DNA from: Granulicella sp.
GTDB taxonomy: Bacteria > Acidobacteriota > Terriglobia > Terriglobales > Acidobacteriaceae
NCBI GenBank assembly: GCA_027339965.1
Contig: DAHWNL010000057.1
Location: forward strand, 1 to 34,435
DNA: 34,435 bases
Reading direction: 5' to 3'
The notes beneath the pieces were generated by a model. It ran no database searches, was not told the origin of the DNA, and saw only the letters and a list, made by a program, of their open reading frames with translations. Positions 19,377 through 26,743 of the stretch are shown here, piece by piece. Made by a program: the position numbers and the translations under genes. Every line of letters begins with the position of its first letter. Within the stretch, counting starts at the first letter, position 1.

Positions 19377-20174
19377 CTAGTAGCGTGCATAAGCTTGGTT
19401 AAACTTCGGCCGTGGCATGGTATGAACATAGGCGGAGACGTCATAGGCTTGTTGCGCTGTGAGCAGTCCGGGATGATTCTCCGGCATGGTGTACAAGACG
19501 AAGGCGGCCATCTTGGCGGGCTTGTTCATGCCTGCTCCATCGTTATAAGAATCCCTTCCCCAGAGGGCTGGAAGAATGGGTGGATCTCCACCCCCATCCA
19601 TGCCGTGACAGGCAGCGCATTGAGAGACATATACCGCCTTTCCTCGAGTAGGGTTGCCGATGAGAGTGGGGAGTTTGATGAGTCCACGCCCGGGATACGA
19701 TTTGCTCTTGGACGGATCCTTCGACAGCGAATCGATGTAGGCCACCATGGCCGTCATCTGCGGGCCATTGGCGGGCAGTGGGTGGCCGGCTTCACTGCGC
19801 ACAAAGCACTCCTGAATTCTGTCCTGAAGCGAGATGATGTGCCCGGCGCGCTTGCTGAACTGCGGAAACGCTCCGGCAAGGTCGGTCATTGGAGCGGCAT
19901 GCGCCTCCGTCCCGCTTCTCAAGTGACAGTCGCTGCAGGAAAGCTTGTTACCCACATAATCCGGGGCCTCCTTCGGCGTTTGATCAAAGAGCAGCTTTCC
20001 TTGATGGATCAACCCTTTCTTCTGGGAGGGGGATATGCCGCCGGATACGCCGGCTGAGACTGCCCGGACGGCTGGGCTGGCGGAGTTTGAGCAAGCGAGC
20101 GCAAAAAGGCTGAACTCCAGCGCCATGATCGGAAGAATAGCCATTCGCATTCGATTCGGTCGCGCTACCTGCAT
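19377..20174 (-). CDS. tsdA: Diheme c-type cytochrome, TsdA (thiosulfate dehydrogenase/tetrathionate reductase)-like, probable lipoprotein
   Basis: GNKLSCSDCH and CAACH heme sites; DRIQECFVRS containing the Cys heme-1 ligand; PALWGRDSYNDGAGM containing the Met heme-2 ligand; MP motif; lipobox LFALA-C; AGGAG RBS overlapping the upstream stop. Confidence 0.75.
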   Translation of the reverse strand: MQVARPNRMRMAILPIMALEFSLFALACSNSASPAVRAVSAGVSGGISPSQKKGLIHQGKLLFDQTPKEAPDYVGNKLSCSDCHLRSGTEAHAAPMTDLAGAFPQFSKRAGHIISLQDRIQECFVRSEAGHPLPANGPQMTAMVAYIDSLSKDPSKSKSYPGRGLIKLPTLIGNPTRGKAVYVSQCAACHGMDGGGDPPILPALWGRDSYNDGAGMNKPAKMAAFVLYTMPENHPGLLTAQQAYDVSAYVHTMPRPKFNQAYARY

Positions 20175-20183
20175 TGCATTCTC

Positions 20184-21134
20184 CTAGTGTGAGGCTGCCG
20201 GCAATGAACGGAATCCATACTGGTGATAGATGCTTTGTGCCTCCGTACTCTTGAGAAAGGCAAGCCATTGCGCGGCAATGGCGGGGTGCGGAGCGTTTCG
20301 CAACAGGCCGCCGGCATAGACTGCGGTCACGTTCTCAGCGTCGGGGATCTTAATCCCTTCGATCGGATTTCCAATTCTCTCTTCAAAACGAACCTCGGAG
20401 GCCCAGGTCACGCCTGCATCAGCCCGCTTTTTCATGATTCGCATGGGAGTCTGGCGGTGGTGAATCTCGGTGAGGGTCGTCTGTCCATTTTCCACTTTTT
20501 CCTGATAGACGGCCTCATAGAGCGGTTCCCCTCCAGCCTTGCGCAAGGAGGCGGCGATCTGGTTTGCGACGCCCTCCCACTCCGGATTTGGCATCGAGAG
20601 ACGAAGCCCCGGATGCGCCAGATCGTTGAGCGATGCGATGTGCTGTGGGTTTCCCGAGGGAACCATGATTTCGAGATTGTTGGTTGCGTACTCCACCACG
20701 CCGCTCAATTCTCCGTTGTGCTCCATCTGATGGACAACGCGTTTTCCAGCCTCATAGATATCCGGCTTGATCTGGAGGGTGAGATTGCCGAGCGTGAGCG
20801 TCCCGTCGGCCGCGATCTGCCTGCGCAGAATTCCTGGTGGAAGCGTCTCGTAGAAGATGTGCCCCGCAACCTCGGGGTGCTGCTTTGTAAAAGCCGCTAC
20901 CAGTTCAGGGAGGACAAAGAACTGATTGCCGCCGATAAGGATCACCAGCTTCGCGTTACAGGGATTGCCGTGCAGATCCGGAATGTTGTCCACATCCTGC
21001 ACGTGAAAGACGTATCCTTTTTGCGCTGCCGGGTCGTTGGCTCCCTTGCTCCAGGGAGGGTTTGCCTGGGAGAGAGCCAACGGCGCCAAGGAGATCGCCC
21101 AAAAAGCGGAAACAAACTTTGTAGACAGTGACAT
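20184..21134 (-). CDS. Periplasmic oxyanion-binding protein (ModA/SBP_bac_11-like), orphan
   Basis: Signal peptide MSLSTKFVSAFWAISLAPLALSQA; YATNNLEIMVPSGNP...IASLNDL, MPNP, HHRQTP, ADAGVTW, and W..FLKS.EAQSIY..YGF. CAGGAGAGG RBS before ATG 21134. Confidence 0.82.
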   Translation of the reverse strand: MSLSTKFVSAFWAISLAPLALSQANPPWSKGANDPAAQKGYVFHVQDVDNIPDLHGNPCNAKLVILIGGNQFFVLPELVAAFTKQHPEVAGHIFYETLPPGILRRQIAADGTLTLGNLTLQIKPDIYEAGKRVVHQMEHNGELSGVVEYATNNLEIMVPSGNPQHIASLNDLAHPGLRLSMPNPEWEGVANQIAASLRKAGGEPLYEAVYQEKVENGQTTLTEIHHRQTPMRIMKKRADAGVTWASEVRFEERIGNPIEGIKIPDAENVTAVYAGGLLRNAPHPAIAAQWLAFLKSTEAQSIYHQYGFRSLPAASH

Positions 21135-21156
21135 TTCGATTGCCTCTCCTGAAAAA

Positions 21157-21873
21157 TTAGACGGTGATATAGGTGTAATGACCTTCCGCCTGCAGAAGGG
21201 CGATTGCCGCAACCATGGAAGCAACCACCATGGTGCCGGGAACGGTGTGCGCCAGCATGTCTTTCACAATCTCTTCTGGCGATTGGGAGAGTTTGTATTT
21301 CTGCACCAGCGCGCGCGCCTGTTCCTCGGTGGCCGTGTGACAGCTCAGAAATTGCACGCCACGCCTATGCAGACTCTGCATGCTCTTCTGCTGGTAGATG
21401 GAGTGCTCATTGTCAGGATCGTTGGATGGGGTCGGGTCTAATGGGAGGGTTGTCGCGGGGTAGTAAATATTCCTTGCCGCCGGTTGGCCGGTCGCCGGAT
21501 CCGTGACACCGAGCCATTCTCCGATTGGATACTTCTTCCATACGTAGTCGTCGAAGTTGAGCATGTTCGCGGGCCCATGCATGGCCACGGCGACCTTGAT
21601 CTGCCCTTTGGCAACACCGAAGCCAAAATGCAGGCCGTTCAGAGAGTTTTTGACGTTGTTGAGGAACTTGCCGTCCCCAATCTGAACTACATCATAGACC
21701 TGTTTGATCCGGGCAGAATCGTTGACCAGCCGATTGAACTCTGCGATCTTCCAGTCCGCGCTAGTCCACACAAGTTGTGACTCCGCAGCGGGTGCAGAGC
21801 TGCTCAGGAGGCCCATCGCCGTCATGCCGGCAGCGGCAGCGGAGACAAAGGACCTACGGGTTACGTTTTTCAT
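21157..21873 (-). CDS. Tat-exported DsrE-like protein resembling the Acidithiobacillus heme-free thiosulfate dehydrogenase (Tsd) family
   Basis: AAGGAG RBS, then MKNVTRRSFVSAAAAG (Tat signal). Motifs KQVYD, NSLN, AMHGPA, DD.VWKKY, RN, LHRRGVQFLSCHTA and AHTVPG..VV..MVA.I..LQ..G.YTY. Family assignment is from recall, not from a search. Confidence 0.72.
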   Translation of the reverse strand: MKNVTRRSFVSAAAAGMTAMGLLSSSAPAAESQLVWTSADWKIAEFNRLVNDSARIKQVYDVVQIGDGKFLNNVKNSLNGLHFGFGVAKGQIKVAVAMHGPANMLNFDDYVWKKYPIGEWLGVTDPATGQPAARNIYYPATTLPLDPTPSNDPDNEHSIYQQKSMQSLHRRGVQFLSCHTATEEQARALVQKYKLSQSPEEIVKDMLAHTVPGTMVVASMVAAIALLQAEGHYTYITV

Positions 21874-22079
21874 GCTGGTTCTCCTTGAAAGAAAGATCTT
21901 CTGATATGTTCTGTTCGGGTTGAGATAAAACTGCGGTTCGTGCGAGGCTCCATCTTCGGAATCTTGGCGCACTCCGGACATCTGCAGGGGGCATTGCGCG
22001 GACCGGCGGCGCGACGATTCGCAACCGTTCCACGCAGATGCGTTTCTCCGGGCTGGAGAGGGGGAGCGACCATTTGTCT

Positions 22080-22289
22080 TCATACGGCCATGGTCCTCAC
22101 AGCCGGCGGCTCATGCCATCCGTGTGAAGGGACAGCGGTGGATGTGGAAGAGATGGGAGGCTCAGCAAAGCGGACCACAAAGCAGGAAATCAGCAGGGCG
22201 GCCAAAAGCAAGAACCCTACAAAGATGCGCTGTCTGACGGTCATAGGGGGCGCAGGTGCAGCATTCAGTTCGTCAGCGGATCGATTCAT
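22080..22289 (-). CDS. Small hypothetical membrane protein (69 aa)
   Basis: GGAGG immediately upstream; one hydrophobic helix (RQRIFVGFLLLAALLISCFVV); same strand as the downstream operon. Confidence 0.4.
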   Translation of the reverse strand: MNRSADELNAAPAPPMTVRQRIFVGFLLLAALLISCFVVRFAEPPISSTSTAVPSHGWHEPPAVRTMAV

Positions 22290-22370
22290 TAGCCCTCCAG
22301 CGAACTATGCTCTTCCGACTTCCATGCAGTGAGGATCTCGAATCCTGCCCTGCGGCGTCCAATTCCAAAT

Positions 22371-22387
22371 TCTTATTGGAAATAAGA
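22371..22387. promoter_or_regulatory. Perfect inverted repeat TCTTATT-GGA-AATAAGA (contains T-N11-A), candidate regulator site
   Basis: AT-rich palindrome in a GC-rich background, about 80 bp upstream of the first ORF of the minus-strand cluster. Confidence 0.45.
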
Positions 22388-22713
22388 GCCTTCTGTTTGC
22401 AGAAGCCTGGCGGTTGAGGGTTGTCCCGAGACGGGTGACCCGCCGGCTGATACGGAGACTTTGATGATGGACATCTGCCCGGCTACTCAGGCGGGGGGAC
22501 GGCTTTTCCGGCTGCACCGAGGGTGATCTCTCCAGTGCCAGTCTCAAGACCGGGCTTCATGACCGTCAATTGAAGGGAGGGTCCGAGCGGAGGGTAGATA
22601 CACCTGCCGGAACCCGAAATCCCGTTGCGATGGGGACGAGGAAGGTTTCGAAAAGAGCGACCTGAGGATGAAAAGGCAGAAAGGCTGCCGGGAAGTCAAG
22701 CAGCGTTCAAGAA

Positions 22714-22790
22714 TGGTGCGCCCGGAAGGATTCGAACCTCCGACCTACTGGTTCGTAGCCAGGCGCTCTATCCAGCTGAGCTACGGGCGC
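22714..22790 (-). tRNA. tRNA-Arg (ACG)
   Basis: GCGCCCGTAGCTCAGCTGGATAGAGCGCCTGGCT-ACG-AACCAGTAGGTCGGAGGTTCGAATCCTTCCGGGCGCACCA; 77-nt cloverleaf with encoded CCA. Confidence 0.97.
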
Positions 22791-22824
22791 ACATTGCATG
22801 AAAGCAACTACTGAAGGATAACCG

Positions 22825-22853
22825 AAGCTGCCCTCTCAAGCAACCTGCGCCTT
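22825..22853 (-). promoter_or_regulatory. Putative sigma70 promoter of tRNA-Arg
   Basis: Minus strand TTGCTT-17 bp-TATCCT, about 35 bp upstream of the tRNA. Confidence 0.5.
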
Positions 22854-22871
22854 GTCCTCTGATGTGTCCTC

Positions 22872-23135
22872 TCAGCTTGCTGCCGGAGCAGCGGCCTCTG
22901 GCTGAGCCGGAATCAAAGAGATCTGCTCCAGCACGTCGATCCCCGCGCGGCGCAGCAGTTCGCGGATCGTCGGTTCGGACAACCGTGTGGCGTCGTACTC
23001 TACGCGAATCGTCTTCTCTGCCTCGCGAAGTTCCACGACACGGACTCCGTAGACTTTGCGAATCTGCCCCAAAGCTCTCATCGCGGATTCACCGGGCCTC
23101 TCGCCGTACAGGTACATCACATCGAGCTGTGTCAT
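22872..23135 (-). CDS. Small hypothetical protein with possible HMA/ferredoxin-like fold, no CxxC
   Basis: MTQLDVMYLYG...VYGVRVV...IRVEYDATRLS...IRELLRRAGI matches the HMA-like pattern; lies just downstream of tlpA on the same strand. Confidence 0.72.
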   Translation of the reverse strand: MTQLDVMYLYGERPGESAMRALGQIRKVYGVRVVELREAEKTIRVEYDATRLSEPTIRELLRRAGIDVLEQISLIPAQPEAAAPAAS

Positions 23136-23202
23136 AATCTCTGATCTTATCAGCGGGGTGGGCGCTGTGGGCGGGTCTTGGTCAGCCGCCGACGGCAGAC
23201 GG

Positions 23203-23700
23203 TTAGGAGCCAAGTTTCTTCAGATATCGCTCAAATCCAGGATTGGTGAAGTCCTGCGCTCCAATCAGTTTTCTACGGATGATGCCCCGCGGGTCGATTA
23301 CGTAGGTCTCTGGAAACTTGAAGCTGCCATAAAGCTTGTTGGAGGTCTGATTCTGATCCAGCACGGTCAGCAGGCTGATGTGCTGTTGGGCGAGAAACTG
23401 CTGATATTGAGAGAAGTCCTCACCGCTGGCGATTGCAATTACCTGGATCTGCGGCAGCTGCTGCTGCAGCGCCTGCAGGGCGGGCATCTCCTCCACACAG
23501 GGTGGGCACCAACTGGCCCAGAAGTTCAGCACAACCACCTTGCCGCGAAAGTTGGCCAGAGCCACCGAGTGTTGTCCGTCGCTGATCGAAAAGACCGGAG
23601 CCACGCGCCCAATTTGGTCGGAGATGGTGCCTCGGTTGCAGCCGCCGCTGAGAGCGCAACTGATGAGAAGCAGTGCCCCGGCGCGCACCCGCTGCCTCAT
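23203..23700 (-). CDS. TlpA/ResA-family thiol-disulfide oxidoreductase (probable lipoprotein)
   Basis: FRGKVVVLNFWASWCPPCVEEMP and FPETYVID motifs; lipobox-like LSGGC; start ATG 23700 after AAGGAG..GAGG (ORF track starts at 23742). Confidence 0.9.
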   Translation of the reverse strand: MRQRVRAGALLLISCALSGGCNRGTISDQIGRVAPVFSISDGQHSVALANFRGKVVVLNFWASWCPPCVEEMPALQALQQQLPQIQVIAIASGEDFSQYQQFLAQQHISLLTVLDQNQTSNKLYGSFKFPETYVIDPRGIIRRKLIGAQDFTNPGFERYLKKLGS

Positions 23701-23781
23701 CTGCCTCTTTCTCCTTGCGGATCCTCGCTCCATCCTTGTCACAGCCTTATATTACGATACGAAGCAGTGAGTCATAGCAAC

Positions 23782-24864
23782 ATGGAGAGCGGTGCGGCGC
23801 AGCGCGGGGGACAAGCCGAAGGACAAGTCTGCAGGCTCTCGGTGATTGTTCCGGCGCGCGATGAGGAGCGAAACCTTCCCCACTGCCTAAGGACTCTGGT
23901 AGCGCAGAGCCACGAGGCCTTTCGTCTTGGAAAGGAGTGGGAGCTCATCGTTGTGGATGACGGCTCCAGTGACCGCACGGTGGAGTTGGCGCTGGAGATC
24001 GCCGCCCATCATGAGGGGCTGCGGGTGATGCAGGCTCCGGAGGTGGATGCGATTGCCGGCTTTGGCGCGATGACGGGGAAGAACAACGCCTGCTGGACGG
24101 GGGCGCAGCAAGCCAGAGGGGCCTTTCTGCTGTTTACCGATGCCGACACACTGCATGAACCGGGAGACCTGGAGCGGGCTTTGAAGGAGATACAACGGCG
24201 GCAGGTGGGGCTGCTCTCCTATTCGCCGCGGCAGATCGTGTCCGGCTTCTGGCAGCGGGCGTTGATGCCCCTGGTCTTCTCCGAGCTGGCCAGCGCCTAC
24301 CCTCTGCAAAAGGTGAATGACGCTGCCTGCGCGCTGGCCGCAGCCAACGGGCAGTTCCTTATGGTGGAGCGCGAGGCCTACTTCTCCCAGGGCGGGCATG
24401 GTGCATTGGGCGGGTCTGTGCTGGAGGATGTCGAGCTGGCGGGCCGGATCAAACGGGCCGGGTTGGGAGTTTGGTTCCGCTACGGGCCAGACGCCCTTAG
24501 CACTCGTATGTATTTTGGATTCAGCGATATGCTGGAAGGATGGACGAAAAATCTGGCTGTGCTGTTCGACCATCCCCTGGCGTTGGCGGCTATGCGGCTG
24601 CTCGATCTGGGTTTGTTGCTTCTGCCTATCCTGCTAATTCTCCTGCCTCTTCTGGTCTGGTGGCAGAAAGTAATTTTGCTGCTGATCTGGGTGCGGGTGC
24701 TGCTGCGCTACGCTCAGCGGGTGGCGCGGTCGAACTTCGGAGCAAGGGATCGCCTGCTTTCGGTCTTCGCTCTCCCGCTGTTCGCAGGCCTGTTGATCAC
24801 GAGTTGGACCCGGCATCGCCTGCTGCGCCGGGTGAGATGGAAGGGCCGTGAGTACCGGACCTGA
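23782..24864 (+). CDS. Glycosyltransferase family 2 with C-terminal membrane helices (CrtQ/HpnB-like)
   Basis: LSVIVPARDEE, VVDDGSSD, GKNNAC, FTDAD, ANGQF, LEDVELA, RMY, GWTKN and WKGREY motifs. The upstream part of the 602-aa ORF is the antisense of tlpA. Confidence 0.88.
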   Translation: MESGAAQRGGQAEGQVCRLSVIVPARDEERNLPHCLRTLVAQSHEAFRLGKEWELIVVDDGSSDRTVELALEIAAHHEGLRVMQAPEVDAIAGFGAMTGKNNACWTGAQQARGAFLLFTDADTLHEPGDLERALKEIQRRQVGLLSYSPRQIVSGFWQRALMPLVFSELASAYPLQKVNDAACALAAANGQFLMVEREAYFSQGGHGALGGSVLEDVELAGRIKRAGLGVWFRYGPDALSTRMYFGFSDMLEGWTKNLAVLFDHPLALAAMRLLDLGLLLLPILLILLPLLVWWQKVILLLIWVRVLLRYAQRVARSNFGARDRLLSVFALPLFAGLLITSWTRHRLLRRVRWKGREYRT

Positions 24865-24980
24865 GCCAAGCGTGGTGAGTCTTTCGTCCCACCGCTGCGA
24901 CGGAGCTCGGTGAAAAGCATCCAACTGAGTGCAGTGGCGAATTCAAGTGCAGTGACAAATTCATCCAGTTGAGCCTAAAC

Positions 24981-25394
24981 ATGATCCTGCTAACGCGTAA
25001 AGCCGAGTTCTCCTCTGCCCATTTCTACTGGAACCCCGCCTGGAGTGAGGAAGAGAATGTGCGTGTGTTTGGCAAGTGCGCCAACCGGCAAGGGCACGGC
25101 CACAACTATACGCTGGAAGTAACCGTAGCCGGCGAGATCGAGCCTGTGAGCGGGTTTGTGATCGATCTGAAGCTGCTGAAGGAGATCATGGAGCGGGAGG
25201 TGGTCTCCGTGTATGACCATCGCCATCTAAACTTTGAGGTTCCAGAGTTCGCCGAGATGATCCCTACCACGGAGAACATTGCGCTGGCAATCTGGCGGCG
25301 GCTGGAAGGAAAGATTGAAAGTGGCCGGTTGCATCGCGTGAGAGTCTATGAGATGCCGGACCTGTTTGTTGATTTTTATGGGGAGGGAGCATGA
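24981..25394 (+). CDS. 6-pyruvoyl-tetrahydropterin/6-carboxytetrahydropterin synthase family protein (copy 1)
   Basis: FSSAH, GKCANRQGHGHNY (Cx5HGH), DHRHLN, PTTENIA and VYE motifs. Confidence 0.92.
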   Translation: MILLTRKAEFSSAHFYWNPAWSEEENVRVFGKCANRQGHGHNYTLEVTVAGEIEPVSGFVIDLKLLKEIMEREVVSVYDHRHLNFEVPEFAEMIPTTENIALAIWRRLEGKIESGRLHRVRVYEMPDLFVDFYGEGA

Positions 25395-25849
25395 GCCAAG
25401 TCCGCGCTCACCTTTCCAGGCGGTACTCTTTCAGCGCCTCACACCGGCTGCATGTTGACGCCTTGAGCGAGGAGCAGAACCGAGCCATCTTTGGCAAATG
25501 CAACAACCCGTTTGGACACGGACATGGCTATGTCGTGCAGGTGACCCTTTCAGGGCCCGTGGATCCCGCCACTGGCATGGTGGCTAACCTGGCGGACCTG
25601 GACAGATTTGCCCGGCAGGAGGTGGTGGAGCGCTTCGATCACAAGAATCTGAACACGCTGGAGGAGTTCCGGGATCGGGTGACTACCACAGAGAATCTTT
25701 GCGTGGAGATCTGGAGCATCTTCTCTCAGTTCATGGAGCGCGCGGAGCATCCACAGTTGAAGCTGGAACGGATTCATGTTGAAGAAACCGGCAATAACTC
25801 CTTCGATTACTTCGGAGACGCGGGGACGGGACCGGGCCACCGGGACTGA
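25391..25849 (+). CDS. 6-pyruvoyl-tetrahydropterin/6-carboxytetrahydropterin synthase family protein (copy 2)
   Basis: FSASH, GKCNNPFGHGH (Cx5HGH), TGMV, DHKNLN, TTENL and EETGNN motifs; ATGA overlap with copy 1. Confidence 0.92.
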   Translation: MSQVRAHLSRRYSFSASHRLHVDALSEEQNRAIFGKCNNPFGHGHGYVVQVTLSGPVDPATGMVANLADLDRFARQEVVERFDHKNLNTLEEFRDRVTTTENLCVEIWSIFSQFMERAEHPQLKLERIHVEETGNNSFDYFGDAGTGPGHRD

Positions 25850-25943
25850 GCGCCGCGGGCGAAGAGAGTCAAGGCAGAGAAGAATCTGCGGCCCGGGGCA
25901 GCCCGCGAGCATCTGTAAATGAGGTTCATAGAGAGGCTTTGGA

Positions 25944-26609
25944 ATGTCGAACAGGATGGAATCGAGGGCGGGAGAGCCGTTGAAGCCGATGCAGAGGTCC
26001 GAGGGCAATGGCCGCCGAGATGGGGAAGCAGCCAGAGGTCCTGGGCTGAACGATGCCAGTGTCCAGCAGATCTACGCTGAGCTGCTCCGGCGGATAGGCG
26101 AGGATCCGGAGCGGGACGGTCTGATCGAGACGCCCAGACGCATGGCAGAGGCAATGGCATTTCTCACCAGAGGCTACCGGCAAACTGTCCAAGACGTTCT
26201 TCATGATGCGCTCTTCGATGTGGACTACGACGAGATGGTCATGGTCCGCGATATTGAGGTTTACTCGATGTGCGAACATCATTTGCTGCCGTTTTTCGGC
26301 AAGGCGCACATTGCTTATATACCGAGCGGCAAAGTGGTGGGTTTGAGCAAGCTGCCACGCATGGTGGATGTATTTTCGCGCCGGTTGCAGGTGCAGGAGA
26401 GGCTCACGCAGCAGATCGCCGAGGCAGTGGAGGATTCCATTCAACCGCAGGGCGTCGGCGTGGTCATTGAGGCCCAGCACCTCTGCATGATGATGCGCGG
26501 CGTGGAAAAGCAGAGCTCGCTGACGGTGACCAGTTCGATGCGGGGGGTCTTCAAAACCCAACAGCAGACCCGGAATGAGTTCCTGTCCTTGGTGCATGCG
26601 CAGAAATAG
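25944..26609 (+). CDS. folE: GTP cyclohydrolase I
   Basis: [40 protein letters not shown] and HLCMMMRGV motifs. Confidence 0.96.
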   Translation: MSNRMESRAGEPLKPMQRSEGNGRRDGEAARGPGLNDASVQQIYAELLRRIGEDPERDGLIETPRRMAEAMAFLTRGYRQTVQDVLHDALFDVDYDEMVMVRDIEVYSMCEHHLLPFFGKAHIAYIPSGKVVGLSKLPRMVDVFSRRLQVQERLTQQIAEAVEDSIQPQGVGVVIEAQHLCMMMRGVEKQSSLTVTSSMRGVFKTQQQTRNEFLSLVHAQK

Positions 26610-26743
26610 GCCTACGGCCGCGCTCAATGCCGGCACCGGGAGCCGCGGCTGGACTCGTCCCCGTCAAGCTCGGCTGGCTTTGCTTCCTCCATCCTCTCTC
26701 CACAGTCAAACACAGGGCAAGATTGAGCGACAATAGCATCTGC

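Noticed and set aside
21874..22083. 70-aa N-terminal extension of the Tat protein, and a CRCPEC motif in another frame
   Set aside because: The RBS and Tat signal fix the start at 21873; there is no CxxCH or recognisable domain.
22290..22713. Possible riboswitch (Moco/SAM) upstream of the sulfur operon
   Set aside because: No conserved riboswitch motif recognised by eye; an Infernal/Rfam scan would be decisive.
22714..22790. C27-U43 mismatch in the tRNA-Arg anticodon stem as a sign of a pseudo-tRNA
   Set aside because: A mismatch at the top of this stem is tolerated; all other arms, the CCA end and a promoter candidate are intact.
23056..23781. First 242 codons of the 602-aa ORF, suggesting a fusion protein
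   Set aside because: Antisense to tlpA and the small gene; GT2 similarity begins only after 23782.
24981..26609. Dpd/7-deazaguanine DNA-modification or queuosine cluster
   Set aside because: No queC, queE, queF, tgt or dpdA nearby, and the PTPS motif is Cx5HGH rather than Cx3HGH.
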